A DNA stretch of 64,000 bases from assembly GCA_024137785.1 (NCBI GenBank), contig JAHRHZ010000019.1, positions 962,155-1,026,154 on the forward strand, written 5' to 3'. Shown piece after piece: positions 1 to 13,070 of this stretch. The notes beneath the pieces were generated by a model. It was not told the DNA's origin. It searched no databases and was given only the letters and a program-made list of their open reading frames with translations. This stretch comes from Ginglymostoma cirratum (lineage: Eukaryota). Both the position numbers and the translations under genes were made by a program. Numbering within the stretch: position 1 is the first letter of the stretch; the number at the start of each line of letters is the position of its first letter.

Positions 1-195
1 GGGGTAGGGAGGAGATAGGTCAGTCCAGGGAGGACGGACAGGTCAAGGGGGCGGGATGATGTTAGTAGATAGGAGATGGGGGTGTGGCTTGAGGTGAGAG
101 GAAAAACAGGTTAGGGAGGTGGAGATGAGCTGGGCTGGTTTTGGGATGCGGTTGGGGGAGGGGAGATTTTGAAGCTTGTGAAATCCACATTGATG
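1..195 (-). mobile_element. Penelope-like element 3' fragment
   Basis: Reverse complement of about 55628-55828, which directly follows a GIY-YIG ORF. Confidence 0.75.
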
Positions 196-199
196 GAGA

Positions 200-960
200 A
201 TGAGACCACTGGAGGATCTGAGTTTAATATCTCAAAGTAATTATTTCCTTCAGCTTCAAAGCAAGGAGGTAAACCAAGAAAGATCTTGAGAGACACTGGA
301 CAAAGTCAGTCACTGATGCTGCCTAATGGTCCTCTTTGTCTTCCGGAGGGATTAATGGAGGATAAAATATTAGTTGGAGGCATTCTGGGAGGTTATAGTT
401 ACAGGGAGTTGGATTAAAAAGTGACTTGTTAAATGGAAAGGCTAGGTTGCAGTGAGAGGAGTAGAACATATTCTGATCAAAGGATTTTATTCTGCTTTGG
501 GGAATGACCTGGCAGGTTAAAAGATATTAACCTCACTATTGGTGGTGGAACAACAAGTGGAGATGAAATAAACTGAAATATTACAGGAGGAACATCCTGG
601 ATTGTTTCCTGTCTGTGTTGTGACTAGATCTCAGGCTCATAGAGTTAGAACCATGGAATAAGTCTATGACCGAGTTGATTTGGAATTTCAGTTCTCAAAA
701 TTAATTTTCAAAAGTTTAACTGAACAGAATGAAGGTGAACAACACGAGGCTGATATGCTTAGAATATCTTCTTTAACAGAAATGAAACACATGGATCCTG
801 AATTGAAAGAGATTGATCAAACAATCTCCTCAGAAATGGAATCTGAAACAATTCAAGTTATCGCTTGAAAGACAAAGTATGAATGAGGAAATAGAGTCCC
901 CATCTGAGGAACAGAATGAAATTTGACAAACTGACTCATGAAATTCCAATAACAGCACTT
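200..960 (+). mobile_element. Decayed Gypsy (Gmr1-like) LTR retrotransposon remnant: aspartic protease followed by start of integrase Zn-binding region
   Basis: Translates as KILRDTGQSQSL...LGNDLAG (protease), then an NEI.KLTHEIP-like segment. Homologous to 60830-61870 (+) and 31170-32210 (-). Confidence 0.65.
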
Positions 961-1071
961 TCAGTAATTATGAAATCACAGGGAATTCAAGAAAATCACA
1001 AACTGATCTCCAAATCATTCACTGCACATGAGATTATAATTGTAAGTGGTCGTCATGTAAACCGTACTCAC

Positions 1072-1340
1072 TATTTACAATGAGCTTGCTTCCTGTCCTG
1101 TAGATCCTTCTTCGCACTGGGCTGCACATTTGTGATAGTCAGAATGAAGCTGTTACTGGAGGAGTCCTCTGGATTTACTTAGTGAATCATGGGCTCCATT
1201 GTTAAAATTCGCACCTTATGGCACCCTGGTTTTGTTGGTACCATTTAAAGGTGGTGTGTGTCACTGTTACGTTGCTCATGGTGCACTGCAACTGAGTAAT
1301 GTGATTCTCGGTGATGTGTTCGAGGAACAGAGACTGGTCT
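1072..1340 (-). pseudogene. Gene A decayed VJ exon (V2/V3-type)
   Basis: Reverse complement reads QSLFLEHITENHITQLQCTMSNVTVTHTTFKWYQQ...RDSSSNSFILTITNVQPS...RIYRTGSKLIVN|gtgagt. Has stops, loss of DTGVYYC and no acceptor. Confidence 0.85.
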
Positions 1341-2264
1341 GGTGACCAACTCATTGCTCAGATACTGCAGTATTTTCTGGAAAGATCCCTCATTCCCTCC
1401 CCATCCTGCTCATTGCTTTTCTCAGAATGATCACTATTCCCTGAGCCTGAATCCTTGCAATCCTCCCACTGTCATGTACACGGTGCCCTGCTGTGTGTAC
1501 CTCAATCTCCAGCCAGTATTCTGCTTTGGGAGTGAGGTGAACAATGATTCCCCAGGGGAGATGAGTCAATGTTACCGTGGGAACCCCAGCTATATCAGGG
1601 GCTTATGATATTGATTGGAAAAGTGTATGACATTGGATTCAATATTCAGGGGAATAGAAAGATGTTGCTGCAGCCACAGGCAGGAATCCATTGATGGTGC
1701 TGTCTGCCTAGTCCCATTGTCAGTGACGTTAACAAGGGATGGGAGATCACTTCTGGGGGTGAGGGGAGTTGTTGTGGGTGAAGAGTCAGCGGTCCCACTC
1801 CACATTGATCCCAATGAGAGAAGCAGAAAAAGGGCTGTGCTCAAGCAGTCAGAGTTTAGGAAGATCAGGAAGGAATCAACATTTCCTCTTAGTACCATGG
1901 ACAGTTGAATAGATCAGTAAAAGGATCAAGCAGATGGATGGGTATCTGGAGTGATGGTGCAGGAGTGGGGAGGATATGAAATTCCTTCAACAGTGATTCT
2001 GGGGATGCTTGAGAAGATACCACCAAGAGACAACAGAGAGATTGCACCTAAACAGAACCAGTCCTTATGAGCTGATGTCTGAGTGGTTTTGTTGGGGACT
2101 GGGGATAAACTAACTTGGCAGGAGTCTGGGAACCAGAAGGAAATGTCAGAGAGGAATGTTAAGGTTCAGGGACACAGACAGCTCAAAAGTATGGAATCAT
2201 AAACTACGGAGTGGGTTCGGAGTAATATCATAATGTCTAAATTAATGTTGATGTCCAAAGGGAT

Positions 2265-3530
2265 TAAGAACATAAGAACATAAAAACTACAAGCAGGAGT
2301 AGGTCACCTGGCCCCTCGAGCCTGCCCCACCATTTAATAATATCATGGCTGATCTTTTTGAGACTCAGCTCCACTTACCCACCCACTCACCATAACCATT
2401 AATTCCTTCACTGTTCAAAAATTTATCTAGCCTTGCCTTAAACACATTCAGTGAGGTAGCTTCAACCACTTCACTGGGCAGGGAATTCCACAGATTCACA
2501 ACCCTTTGGATGAAGAAGTTCCTGTTGATGTCAGTCCTACATCTGCTTCCCTTTATTTTGAGGCGATGCTCTCTAGTCCTAGTTTCACCTACTAGCGGAA
2601 ACAACCTCCCTGCCTCCACCTTATCTATTCCCTTCATAATCTTATATGTTTCTATAAGATCTCCCCTCATTCTTCTGAATTCCAATGAGTATAATCCCAG
2701 TCTACTCAGTCTCTCCTCATAATCCAACCTTCTCAACTCTGAAATCAACCGAGTGAATCTCCTCTGCATCCCCTCCAGTGCTAGAATTTCTCTTCTCAAG
2801 TAAGGAGACCAAAACTGCACACAGTACTCCAGGTGTGGCCTCACCAGGACCCTATACAGCTACAACATAGCCTCCCTGTTTTTAAACTCCATCCCTCTAG
2901 CAATGGCAGACAAAATTCCATTTGCCTTTTTAATTACCTGCTGCACCTGCAACCCTACTTTTAGCAATTCATGCACAAGGACACCCAAGTCCCTCTGCAC
3001 AGCAGCGTGCTGCAATTTTTTACCATTTAAAACATAGTCCATTTTGCTGTTATTCCTACCAAAATGGATGACCTCACACTTATCAACATTGTACTCCATC
3101 TGCCAGACCTTTGCCCACTTACTTAGACTATCTATATCCCTCTGAATGCTTTCAGTGTCTTCTGCGCACTTTGCTCGACCACTCACCTTAGTGTCATCTG
3201 CAAATTTTGACACACCACACTTAGTCCCCAACTCCAAATCATCTATGTAAATTGTAAACAATTGCGGTCCCAACACTGATCCCTGAGGCACACCACTAGC
3301 CACTGACCGCCAACCAGAAAAACACCCATTTACCCCTACTCTTTGCTTTCTACTGGTCAACCAATCCTCTATCCATGCCAATACATTACCTGTAATACCG
3401 TGTAACTTTATCTTATGCAGCAGCCTTTGGTGTGGCACCTTGTCAAATGCCTTCTGGGAGTCCAGATACACTATATCCACAGGTTCCCCAGTGTTCACCA
3501 TGCAAACAATGTCCTCAAAGAATTCAACCA
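2265..3530 (-). mobile_element. CR1 LINE 3' part (RT and C-terminus)
   Basis: ORFs 2860-3582 ([24 protein letters not shown]) and 2365-2844; TAAGAACA-type tail at the left end. Confidence 0.92.
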
Positions 3531-4700
3531 TATCGATTACTCGATATGAAGAAAATTTAAGCTCATTTGTGTGAATAATCACGGAATAGACTCTCAGAAG
3601 CTTGAGACCAGGTATTGAGAGAAAGAGTTAAGTCAAACTTATTGATGTGACAGAGAAAGATACGCCCTGGTAGGTGAGTATTTTGAAGTGAGGGTGATGG
3701 GAATTAATGGGATTTTATTGTTTCCATATTGTTTTAAATTTCATTGAATTGGGTTACATGCAAATAGTTTGGTGTATTCTATTTTATCTTAACCTTTTGT
3801 GTGTAATAAACTTCTGTTTTATTGTTAATACCAAATCTTCTGTCTTGTGTGTTTGTTATAGTGAAAGGCCACCTCATTAAATGAGAAGAACAACAATTGG
3901 ATCTATCAAGTCAAATCTAACAATTGAAAATTGGTACTATAAGATAGAAACTTTCCTGGAAATTGGTATAGGAGAAGGCAAAATGTTAGGGTCAAGGTGA
4001 TGGTGAGCTGCTTCCTTGACCCGCTGCGATCTATATGTTGTAGATTGACCCCCAATGCCTTGGGAAGGGAATTCCAGGATTTGTCCACAGGCAAGTGAAC
4101 AATATTCTATCATACCTGACTTGTGCTGTGTAGATGGTGGACAGGATTTGGGGAATCAAGAGGTATGTTACTTACCACAGTATTCCTAGCCTCTGACCTG
4201 TTCTTGCAGGCATTGTGTTTATGCAGCAAGTCCAGTTGAGTTTCTGGTCAATGGTAACCTTATGGATAGTGATAATGGTGGGTTCAGTGATTGTAACCCT
4301 ATTAAATGCAAGGGGGCAGTGGTTAAATTGTGTTTTATTGGAGATAGCCATGGCCTGGCAGTTGTTTAACATGGATTTTACATTCCCCTTGTCAGCCTAA
4401 TCATTGATATTTTCCAAATCTTGTTTCATTTGAACATGGCCTGCTTCAGTACTTGAGGAGTTGCAATTGGTTCTGAACCTGTTTAGCCTTTTCTTTTAAG
4501 ACAAGCTCTCCATGCCAGTGATCATCCCAGAGAATCTTCTCTGATCTGCCATCAAATAAATCGTATCTTTCCTTAAATTAGGGGACCAGAACTGCTCACA
4601 GTACTCCAGATGTAGCCTCACTACAACTTGGAGAGTTGCAGTAAGACTTCTTGACTCCTATATGCCAACTCCCTGTCAACAGGAACAACACAATCAGAGT

Positions 4701-5730
4701 GTAGAACATAGAACATAGAACATAGAACATAGAACATAGAACATACAACAGTACAGGCTCTTCGGCCCACGATGCTGTGCCGAACTTTTACCTGAAACCT
4801 AAGGTCTATCTAACCTCCACCGCTATGTTGTACTATCATCCATATGCCTATCTAATAGCTGCTTAAATGCCCCTAATGAGGCCAACTCCACTACCCTCTC
4901 CGGCAATGCATTCCATGCCCCTACCACTCTCTGAGTAAAGAACCTACCTCTGACATTTCCCCGATATCTACCTCCTTTCACTTTAAAACTATGTCCCCTC
5001 GTAAAAGTTACCTCCACACGAGGAAAAAGTCCCTGGCTGTCCATTCTTTCTATACCTCTGATCACTTTGTACACCTCTATCAAGTCACCTCTCATCCTTC
5101 GTTGTTCTAAAGAGAAAAGCCCTAGCTCTCTCAACCTTTCCTCGTAAGGCCTTCCCTCCATTCCAGGCAACATCCTGGTAAATCTCCTCTGCACTTTTTC
5201 CAACACCTCCACATCTTTCCTGTAATGAGGTGACCAGAACTGGACACAATACTCCAGATGTGGCCGAACCAGGCTTTTGTATAGCTGGAGCATAAGTTCA
5301 TGGCTCTTGAACTCAATCCCTCTAATAATGAAAGCTAACACACCGTACACCTTCTTAACAACTCTATCCACCTGGGTGGCAGCTTTCAGGGAACTGGAAC
5401 ATGAACCCCAAGATCCCTCTGCTCCTCCACACCGCCAAGAATCTTTCCATTAAACCTGTATTCTGCTTTCAATTTTGTCCTTCCAAAATGAATCACCTCA
5501 CACTTTTCAGGGTTAAACTCCATCTGCCACTTCTCAGCCCAGCTCTGCATTCTATCAATGTCCCTTTATTACCTAGAACAGCCCTCCGCGTTGTCCACAA
5601 CGTGTCCTACCTTCGTATCATCCGTGAACTTGCTATCCACCTTTCCACTCCTTCATCCAAATCATTTACAAAAATCACAAATAGAAGTGGACCCAGAACA
5701 GATCCTTGTGGTACACCACTCATAACTGTG
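4701..5730 (-). mobile_element. CR1 LINE 3' fragment with (TAGAACA)n tail
   Basis: ORF 4823-5371 (VRPHLEYCVQFWSP); [10 protein letters not shown] near 5700; heptanucleotide tandem tail 4701-4744. Confidence 0.92.
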
Positions 5731-6665
5731 TAGAGTGATGTTGCCTGAAAAAAGGGCAGCTCCTGATTATAGCTCCCAGCTTCACACTTTCCACACTCCC
5801 TGTCCCCAGCAGAGACTCCAAGGTCCTTATGTCTCCCGGTTCCTTCTCCCTGTGATGTAATTGCACTGGAAGGAGTGGAGAGGATGCTGCCTGGGATGGA
5901 GAACTTTAGCCGCAAGGAGAGGCTGGATAAGCTTCCATTGTTTTATATGGAGTGAGAAGGATGAGGGCTGATCTAATCAAGGAGGATAGATGATGAAAAG
6001 CATATACTGGGCGGACAGAAAACAGCTGTTCCCCTTTATTTGAAGAGCCAATAATGAGATGTGCAATTTTAAAGTGAAAGTCACGACGTTTCAAAGGGAT
6101 TTGAAGAAAGGTTCAACTGGCTGAAGGGTTTCTTCTGTGCTACATCGGTCAATGACTTTATTTCAGCTTCAATCCCAGTTCCAGATGTGGGAGCTCATGG
6201 AGAGTGAGCCCCTCCCCTTGCCCTGTGTTTGATGTGGAATGTTTCCCTTTAACCTGAATCAAACCAATTTTCTCTTGAATGTAGAGAGATGCATGTGTCC
6301 CTTTGTGCTCTATGGTTTCATTCCAATTGCTGGGAGACCCCCCCTGCAGATGTGGCACCTCACAGAGCAATTTCCCTGTCTCTGCTCATTCAACCCAATG
6401 TCACTGACACATTTGTGAGTCGAATAGAATTAATATCTCTCATTCTCCAGGATAAAACTCCACATTTCCCACAAAATCCTCCTCCTATTGTCACAAAAAA
6501 TCTCCTTTCTTCCACACATCCCCACCAACATTGAACCTGAGCTCAACCTACTCCTCACAGTGAATCCATCTTCGAGATCACTCTCCATCACTTCCTCAAT
6601 TCTCCATTTCATTCATTGGGCAAGAGGTTATTGCTGGAGAATATTATCATGTAAACTCTACTTAC

Positions 6666-7003
6666 TGTTTACAATGCTTCCTCCACCACTGATACTTCCC
6701 TGGGCTGAGCAGTAATAGACCCCACCCTCACTGGCCTGCACGTTTGTGATGGTCAGAATGAAATTGTTACTGGCGGAGTTTCTGGAAACTGAAATCGCTC
6801 AGTGATTCCTGGGCTCAATTGTGTGATGTTCCTCAAGCCATTTGTTAAAACCTGGAGCAAGTTAATCCATTTTTCCATCTGGTACTACTAAACATTGGTG
6901 TGTGTCACTGCAGCGTTCTTCATGATGCACAGTAACTGGGCAGTATGACCCTTGGTCTCACTTTCCAGGATCAGAGATTGGAGAAGGACGAGGACATTTA
7001 CAT
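6666..7003 (-). pseudogene. Gene A decayed first VJ exon
   Basis: Reverse complement reads VLVLLQSLILESETKGHTAQLLCIMKNAAVTHTNV**Y...(frameshift)RNSASNNFILTITNVQASEGGVYYCSAQGSISGGGSIVN|gtaagt. Acceptor AG lost. Downstream intron 6160-6665 is the inverted homolog of 21553-22035. Confidence 0.9.
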
Positions 7004-7579
7004 CATCAAAAATAACAACTACCAATGAATTAACAGCCATCTGATTGTTCTGTCTTTATGACAATGACTGCCATCTCCCACAGGGTGTCCAAGGGAAACA
7101 GAATAAAGAGAAGCAGATTAGAGACAAATGTGAAAGTCACAAGCCATGCTCCTCCAGTTCCTGGTAGAGGTCATGGAGCCAGTGATGGCTCCGGGGTCAG
7201 TCTGAGAGAAATACTCTGAGGGAGTCAGAGTGGGTCCCACTGGAAGGTTGTGCCCCCTTGTCCAGCAATATTGCATCCCTCTTCAGGTGGGATGGGGGAG
7301 GAAATTCAGCAGGGATTTGAGGGAACATAATTGTGGGAGAAGAATGAGAAACTCCAGCACAGCAATCTGTGATTATGGATGGGAGATCAATTTGCTTATG
7401 ACATCAAGATAAGGTTGAAAGTCAGTTGTCAGGAGGAGATGGAGAGTCTACAGAGGGAGAAAGACAGGTGAAGTAAATGGGCAAAATGTGGCAAATTGAG
7501 TATAATGTTGGAAGATGCAAAACTGCCCATTTTTTTCAGGAGGAGTAGAAATCATTGAATGGGTTGTCCATAAGAGTTG

Positions 7580-9100
7580 GTGACAGGAGTAGGTCATTAG
7601 GCTCCAAGAGCTTGTTCTGCCTTTCAATAGGATAATGGCTGAATTGACGTTCTTCTTATCCACCTTCCTGCACTTTCCTGGAAAATGATCAAGAATCTAT
7701 CCATCACAGCCTTAAACATACGCAAGGACACTACCCCCAAAGATCTCAGTGTCAAGGAGATCAAAGTCTCAAAACACCCTGAGAGATGAAATTCTTCCCC
7801 CTCTCAGTCTTAAATTGGTGTCCCTTTATTCTGAGACTGTGCCCACTGGTCCTAAATTCTCCCATGAGGGGAAATATCCACTCAGCATTGACCCTGTCAA
7901 GTCCCTTAAGAATCCTGTATGTTTCAATGAGATCACCTCTCATTTTTCTAAACTCCAGTAAGTAGAGTCCCAACCTGTTCAACCTTTGCTCATAAGACAA
8001 TTACTCCATACCAGAGATTATCCTAATGAACAGTCTCTGAACTGCCTCCAATGAAATGATGTTTTTTTTTTAAATAAGAAGAAAAGAACTGCTGACAGTA
8101 TTTCAAATATAGTCTATCCATCCTCTATCCGCCTCCCCCATTTCTGATGAAGGGTTTAGGCCCGAAACGTCAAGTTTTCCTGCTCCTATGATGCTGCTTG
8201 ACCTGCTGTGTTCATCCAGCCCCACACCTTGTTATCTTGGATTCTCCAACATCTGCAGTACCTTTTATCTCTTCAAATATAGTCTCCCCGGCACCTTGTA
8301 CAGTTGCAGTAAAAATTCCCTACTCTTATACTCCAAGCCCCTAGAAATAAAGGCCAACATTCCATTAGCCTTCTTGAGTACTTGCTGCCCCTATGTGCTA
8401 GCTTTCTGTGTTTTATGCACAAGTAACCTTGCGCAACTTTGTGTTGTAGCGTTCTGCAATTTTTTCCCATTCAAATAATATTCTATTCTTTTGTTCTCCC
8501 TTCCAAAATGAACAACTTCACATTTCCCCATATTATACTCCATTTGCCAGCTTTTTGCCCAATTTCTTAAATAATCAGTATCTCTCTGTAAAATGTGTGT
8601 GTCTCACAAATGCCTTTTCACATATTTTTGTGTCATTTGGAATTATTTCTACAGAACATTCACTTCCTTCCTCCCAGTAATTAATATGTATATTGTAAAC
8701 AGCTTCAGTCCCAGCACTGATCTCTGTGAAACCCCACTGGTCATGGGTCACCAGCCTGAAAAAGCACACCTTATCCCCACTCCCGGTTTCCTACCCAAGA
8801 GCCAAATCTCTTGCTGCACCAGTATACTCTCTCTTATCTAATGACTTAACCTTCTGTGGGATATCTTGTCAAATACCTCATGTCCAAAGACAACATATTT
8901 ACTGTTTTTTCTCTATCCACTCTTGTTGACACTATCTCAAAAAGCCTATAAATTAGTCAGGCGCAATTTTCTTTCATGAAGCCACGCTGACGCGGCTTGA
9001 TTCGATTATGATTTTCCAAACTGTCTGCTATTATATCCTAAATAGTTGATTTGAATACTTTTCCAACGATAGATGTAAGGCTAATTGGCCAATGGTTATA
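7580..9100 (-). mobile_element. Decayed CR1 LINE, interrupted by a Penelope fragment
   Basis: ORF 7761-8000 (RMRGDLIETY) plus RT remnants to about 9100. Confidence 0.8.
8116..8271 (+). mobile_element. Penelope-like terminal fragment with 14-bp TSD and hammerhead motif
   Basis: TSD ttcaaatatagtct at 8102-8115 and 8272-8285; CTGATGA-agggtttaggccc-GAAACGTC at about 8144-8171. Confidence 0.75.
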
Positions 9101-9129
9101 CAATTTTATTCTCCATCCAAGGGAAGAGG

Positions 9130-9540
9130 GACTTGTCCTGTTTAGAGTTTAAAAGATTGAAAAAAAGATTTGAAACATCTCAGTTCCTTTGAGCCTTGAC
9201 TGGGTGAGTAGAAAGGGGAGGTTGTTTCCCCTTGAGGGAGAGTCTGGGATTAGAGGGCAAAACCTCAGAGGAAAGGGTCTCTGATGGGGATGAGATGGAA
9301 TTTCTTCTCTCAGACAAAGTGAATCTGTGGAATTCTTTACCACAGAAGACTGTCGAAGTTGGGTCATGAAGTGCCTTCAAGTTTGAGAGAGACAGACTTT
9401 TAGTCAGAAGTGGAATCTAGGGTTATGAGGAAAAGGCAGGAAAGTGGAGATGGGAACTATCAGAGCAGCCAAGATGTCATTGCATGGCCAATTGGCAAAA
9501 TGGCCTAAGTGTGCTCCTATGTCTTCTGGTCTCAAGGTCC
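9130..9540 (+). mobile_element. CR1 LINE 3' end fragment
   Basis: Similar to the 3' ends of other CR1 copies (gtgaatctgtggaattc...). Confidence 0.65.
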
Positions 9541-10418
9541 AACCGAAGCATTTAGCAGGGCATTGGATGATTATTTAAACAGAAACAATGTGCAGGATGA
9601 AGGGGAAAAGGCAAGTGATTAGCGCCATGTTAAAATTCTCAGAGAACCAGTGCAGACATGATGGACTTAATGGCTTCCTTCTTTCTCAGAACATTTCTGT
9701 GATTGTGGGCACAGTGAAGTTCCACTTTGTGCAGCAAACATTGTTTCCCCTTTTCTGTTTCCTGGGTTCAGTTTGCAGCGGTTGCTCCGAAAAGCCAAAT
9801 CCCATTTTAGCCAAAATGTCAAAATCACATTTCCTGCAGGTAGTCTCGCTCTTTGGTCTGTAGATGGTGAAATCCCCAGTTTGTTCCACATTATTGTCCT
9901 TCTATTAAACAGCTGGGAAATGGTGGAAGCACAGGCGGACACTCTACAGTCCTAGTGGGTGTGAGGGGCAACTTGAGAATAGAGAATTAATGTGAGTGTC
10001 ACTATGAGTCCATTGGAGAAACTCACTCTGAGTCACAAAGGTATAAATTCACCAACTTTACAAAACCAGCAAGTTGTCTTTCTAATCCACCCCAACGAGA
10101 CCCAGTGAACACACAGACTAATCCAATGCACCCCGAATACACACCTTAATGTGCAGCCTGTCCCTCAATCCCATTCTCCCATTCAATGAACGACAGAAAA
10201 GGATGACAGGAACATTTCGTTTTCTGGTCTGTGCTCCCAGCTTGTGGAACTCTGTATCAGCGGCACCAAACAATCTTCAGACACTGATAAATTCTCCCTG
10301 TGACACTCCCCTCCAGTTCTCAATGTTCAAACGTATAGAATTCACACAAACTCTACAGCAGCACGAACCATGGGAAGGTCTTTATAACAAGTTAAATTTC
10401 TCCAAAGCAAACACTTAC

Positions 10419-10470
10419 CCAAAGCAACACAGAGGGACAGTGTCACAGCAAATAGAATTCCACTGATCAT
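10419..10470 (-). CDS. Gene A leader (signal peptide) exon, MISGILFAVTLSLCVAL/G; the gene is probably a pseudogene
   Basis: ATG, 17 mostly hydrophobic codons plus G, then gtaagt donor (phase 1). Paralog of 19072-19123 with conserved flanks. Confidence 0.8.
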
Positions 10471-10620
10471 CTCAATTCAGCGGCAACACTGTTTATTCAC
10501 ACAGCCCATTGTACATCTAGTTAATACATCGAAATGCAAGATGTCCCAGCCAAATGTAGCTTCTTTAGTGTCTCATTTCTCAGAAGTGAAAGGAGTTAAA
10601 GAGTCAGTAAAGGGGAAATT
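10471..10620 (-). promoter_or_regulatory. Gene A proximal promoter/5' UTR, conserved with gene B
   Basis: About 150 bp alignable to 18924-19071, including agtaaaggggaa (10606-10617). Confidence 0.45.
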
Positions 10621-11269
10621 CAGCTCAGTTCTCCAGTTCCCAATGGGGGACTGCAGTTTGGACATGTTCCTTGTTCCATTTCATGTTTTTCAATGTTTCT
10701 CTTTAACTTCGTTTTAACCTATTGGTGAACAAGCATTACTAAGTGGGCTTTCCATGAAGTGAATCTGATAATATTTTTTGTTCATGATTTGCTCTCCGTG
10801 AATTTAACCTGAGAATTGCTGATTATTTACAGACACATTAAAGTTATAATTACAACTTGTGTTATTTAAAAGTCAACATTGTCATGACTCTCTGGAAATC
10901 AAGCACACTATTCCAGGAGTTGTCCCAATAAGGAAAGATTTAGTCAAACATTCCAAAGGCCCAGTTTACCCAACCAAGGAATTCAGGGCAAATGCAAACA
11001 CACATCAGGTTACTGAACTGAGCAAGATAAACTTGAACTTATTGCAGACTGGTTGTTATACCCAAAGGCAGAATGGAAACACAATTTCTAACCGATACTG
11101 CCCTGTCTGAATTTCTCCTTTTCCATAGACAGACTAGGCATGGTTGTTAAGGGCAGAAAAGGAATGAAAAAATCAGGGAAACACAGTTCAGTTGAAACAA
11201 TGCAGACCTAGAATTTGATGAGTTGCTTTTTTCTCATTTCAATTCTGATTAGTTTTTTGTGTGTTAACA

Positions 11270-12550
11270 CAAGGTTACGCTGAGAAAGCTTTCGATAAGG
11301 AACAATAGAAGATGTTAACGTGTAAAATTAAAGAACATGAACTTGGGATAGTGCACTGAAGTAGTTTGAGAATGCATTGGCAAACAGATAACAAAGCGTC
11401 AGAATAAATGGGGCCTTTTTCTGAACGACAGGTTAGTGGGGTACTGCGGGTAGCTGTGGTTGGATTACACCTATTCACAAAATCTATTAATGATTTGGAA
11501 AATGGAGCTGCATGTAATATCTCCAAGTTTGCAGAGGACACAAAGCTGAATGGGAAGGAGAGCTGTGAGGAAGATGTAGACATGCTACAATAATATATGG
11601 ACAGGCCGAGTGAGTAGAGAAATGCGTAACAGATAAAGTATAATGTGGACAAATGTGACCGAAAGCAAGGAGTTGAAATAAAAGGGGCACTCAAAGCAAG
11701 ACAGACTGTTCCTGATGGTGTACGGCATGGATCTGTGTGAGGTCCACAGTATTCATCAGCAAGACTGGTTAACAAGGTTAGATCACATGGTACACAGGGA
11801 GAACTAGCCATTTGGATACAGAACTGGCTCAATGGTAGAAGACAGGGTGGTGGTGGAGGGTTGCTTTTCAGATTGAGGCCTGTGACCAGCGGTGTGCCAC
11901 AAGGATCAGCTCTGGGCCCACTACTTTTTATCAATTATATAAATGATTTGAACATGAACATAGGAGGTATGGTTAGTAAGTTTGCAGGTGACACCAAAAT
12001 TGGAGGCATAGTGGGCAGCAAAGAAGGTTACCTCAGAGTGCAAACAGATCTTGATCAGATGGGCCGGTGGCCTGAGGAGTGGCAGATGAAGTTTAATTTA
12101 GATAAATGTGAGGCGCTGCATTTTGGAAAGGCAAATCAGGGCAGAACTTATAAACTTGATGGTAAGGTTGTGGAGAGTGTTTCTGAACAAAGACACCCTG
12201 GAATGCATATTCATGGTTCCTCGAAAGTGGAGTCGCAGGTAGATCAGACAGTTTGGCATGCTTGCCCTTATTGGTCATTGCATTGAGTATAAGAATTGGG
12301 AGGTCATATTGCGGCTTTATGGGACATTGGTTAGGCCACTTTTGGAGTATTGTGTGCAGTTCTGGCCTCCCTCCTATAGGAAAGATGTTGTGAAACTTGA
12401 AAGGGTTCAGAAAAGCTTTACAAGGATGTTGCCAGGGTTGGAGGGTTTGAGCCATTGGGAGAGGCTGAACAGACTGGGGCTATTTTCCCTGAAGCATTGG
12501 AGGCTGAGGGGTGACATTTTACAGGTTTACAAAATCATGAGGAGCATGGA
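11270..12550 (+). mobile_element. CR1 LINE RT fragments (two adjacent copies)
   Basis: ORFs 11408, 11861 (GVPQGSALGP, FAGDTK) and 12258 (VRPLLEYCVQFW). Confidence 0.85.
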
Positions 12551-13070
12551 AATCCTCAGCCCACTTCCCCTTCTGATCAAGATCCCTCTGTAATTTTTGA
12601 CAATCTTCTCTGTTGACGATTCGTCCTAATTTTGTATCATCTGCAAACTTACTAATCATGCCATGTACATTCACATCCAAATCTTTTATGTAAATGACAA
12701 ATAACAAAGGTTCCAACAATGACCCCTGTGGCACATCACTAGTCACAGGCCTCCAGTCCTAGAAACAACCTTCAACCATCACCCTCTGCTTCCTACCCTT
12801 GAGCCAATTTTGAATCCATTTGGCTAGCTCTCCCTGGATCCTATGTGACCTAAATTTCATGATGAGCCTGCCATGTGGGACCTTGTCAAAGGCCTTACTA
12901 AAGATCATATTGACAACATTCACTTCCCTACCCTTATCTATCCTCTTGGTTACGTCTTCAAAAATCTCTCAAAGATTTGTCAGACATGACTTCCTGTGCA
13001 TAAATCCATGCTGACTAACCTCACTCAGACCTTAACTATCTAAATGTTAGTTGATCCTGTCCTTCTGTAT
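12551..13070 (-). mobile_element. CR1 LINE RT fragment
   Basis: ORF 12519-12746 (VPQGSLLEP, FADDTK). Confidence 0.8.

Noticed and set aside
4701-4744. (TAGAACA)n arrays here and at 51570-51600 as CRISPR or satellite
   Set aside because: No spacers; these are the 3' microsatellite tails of CR1 LINEs
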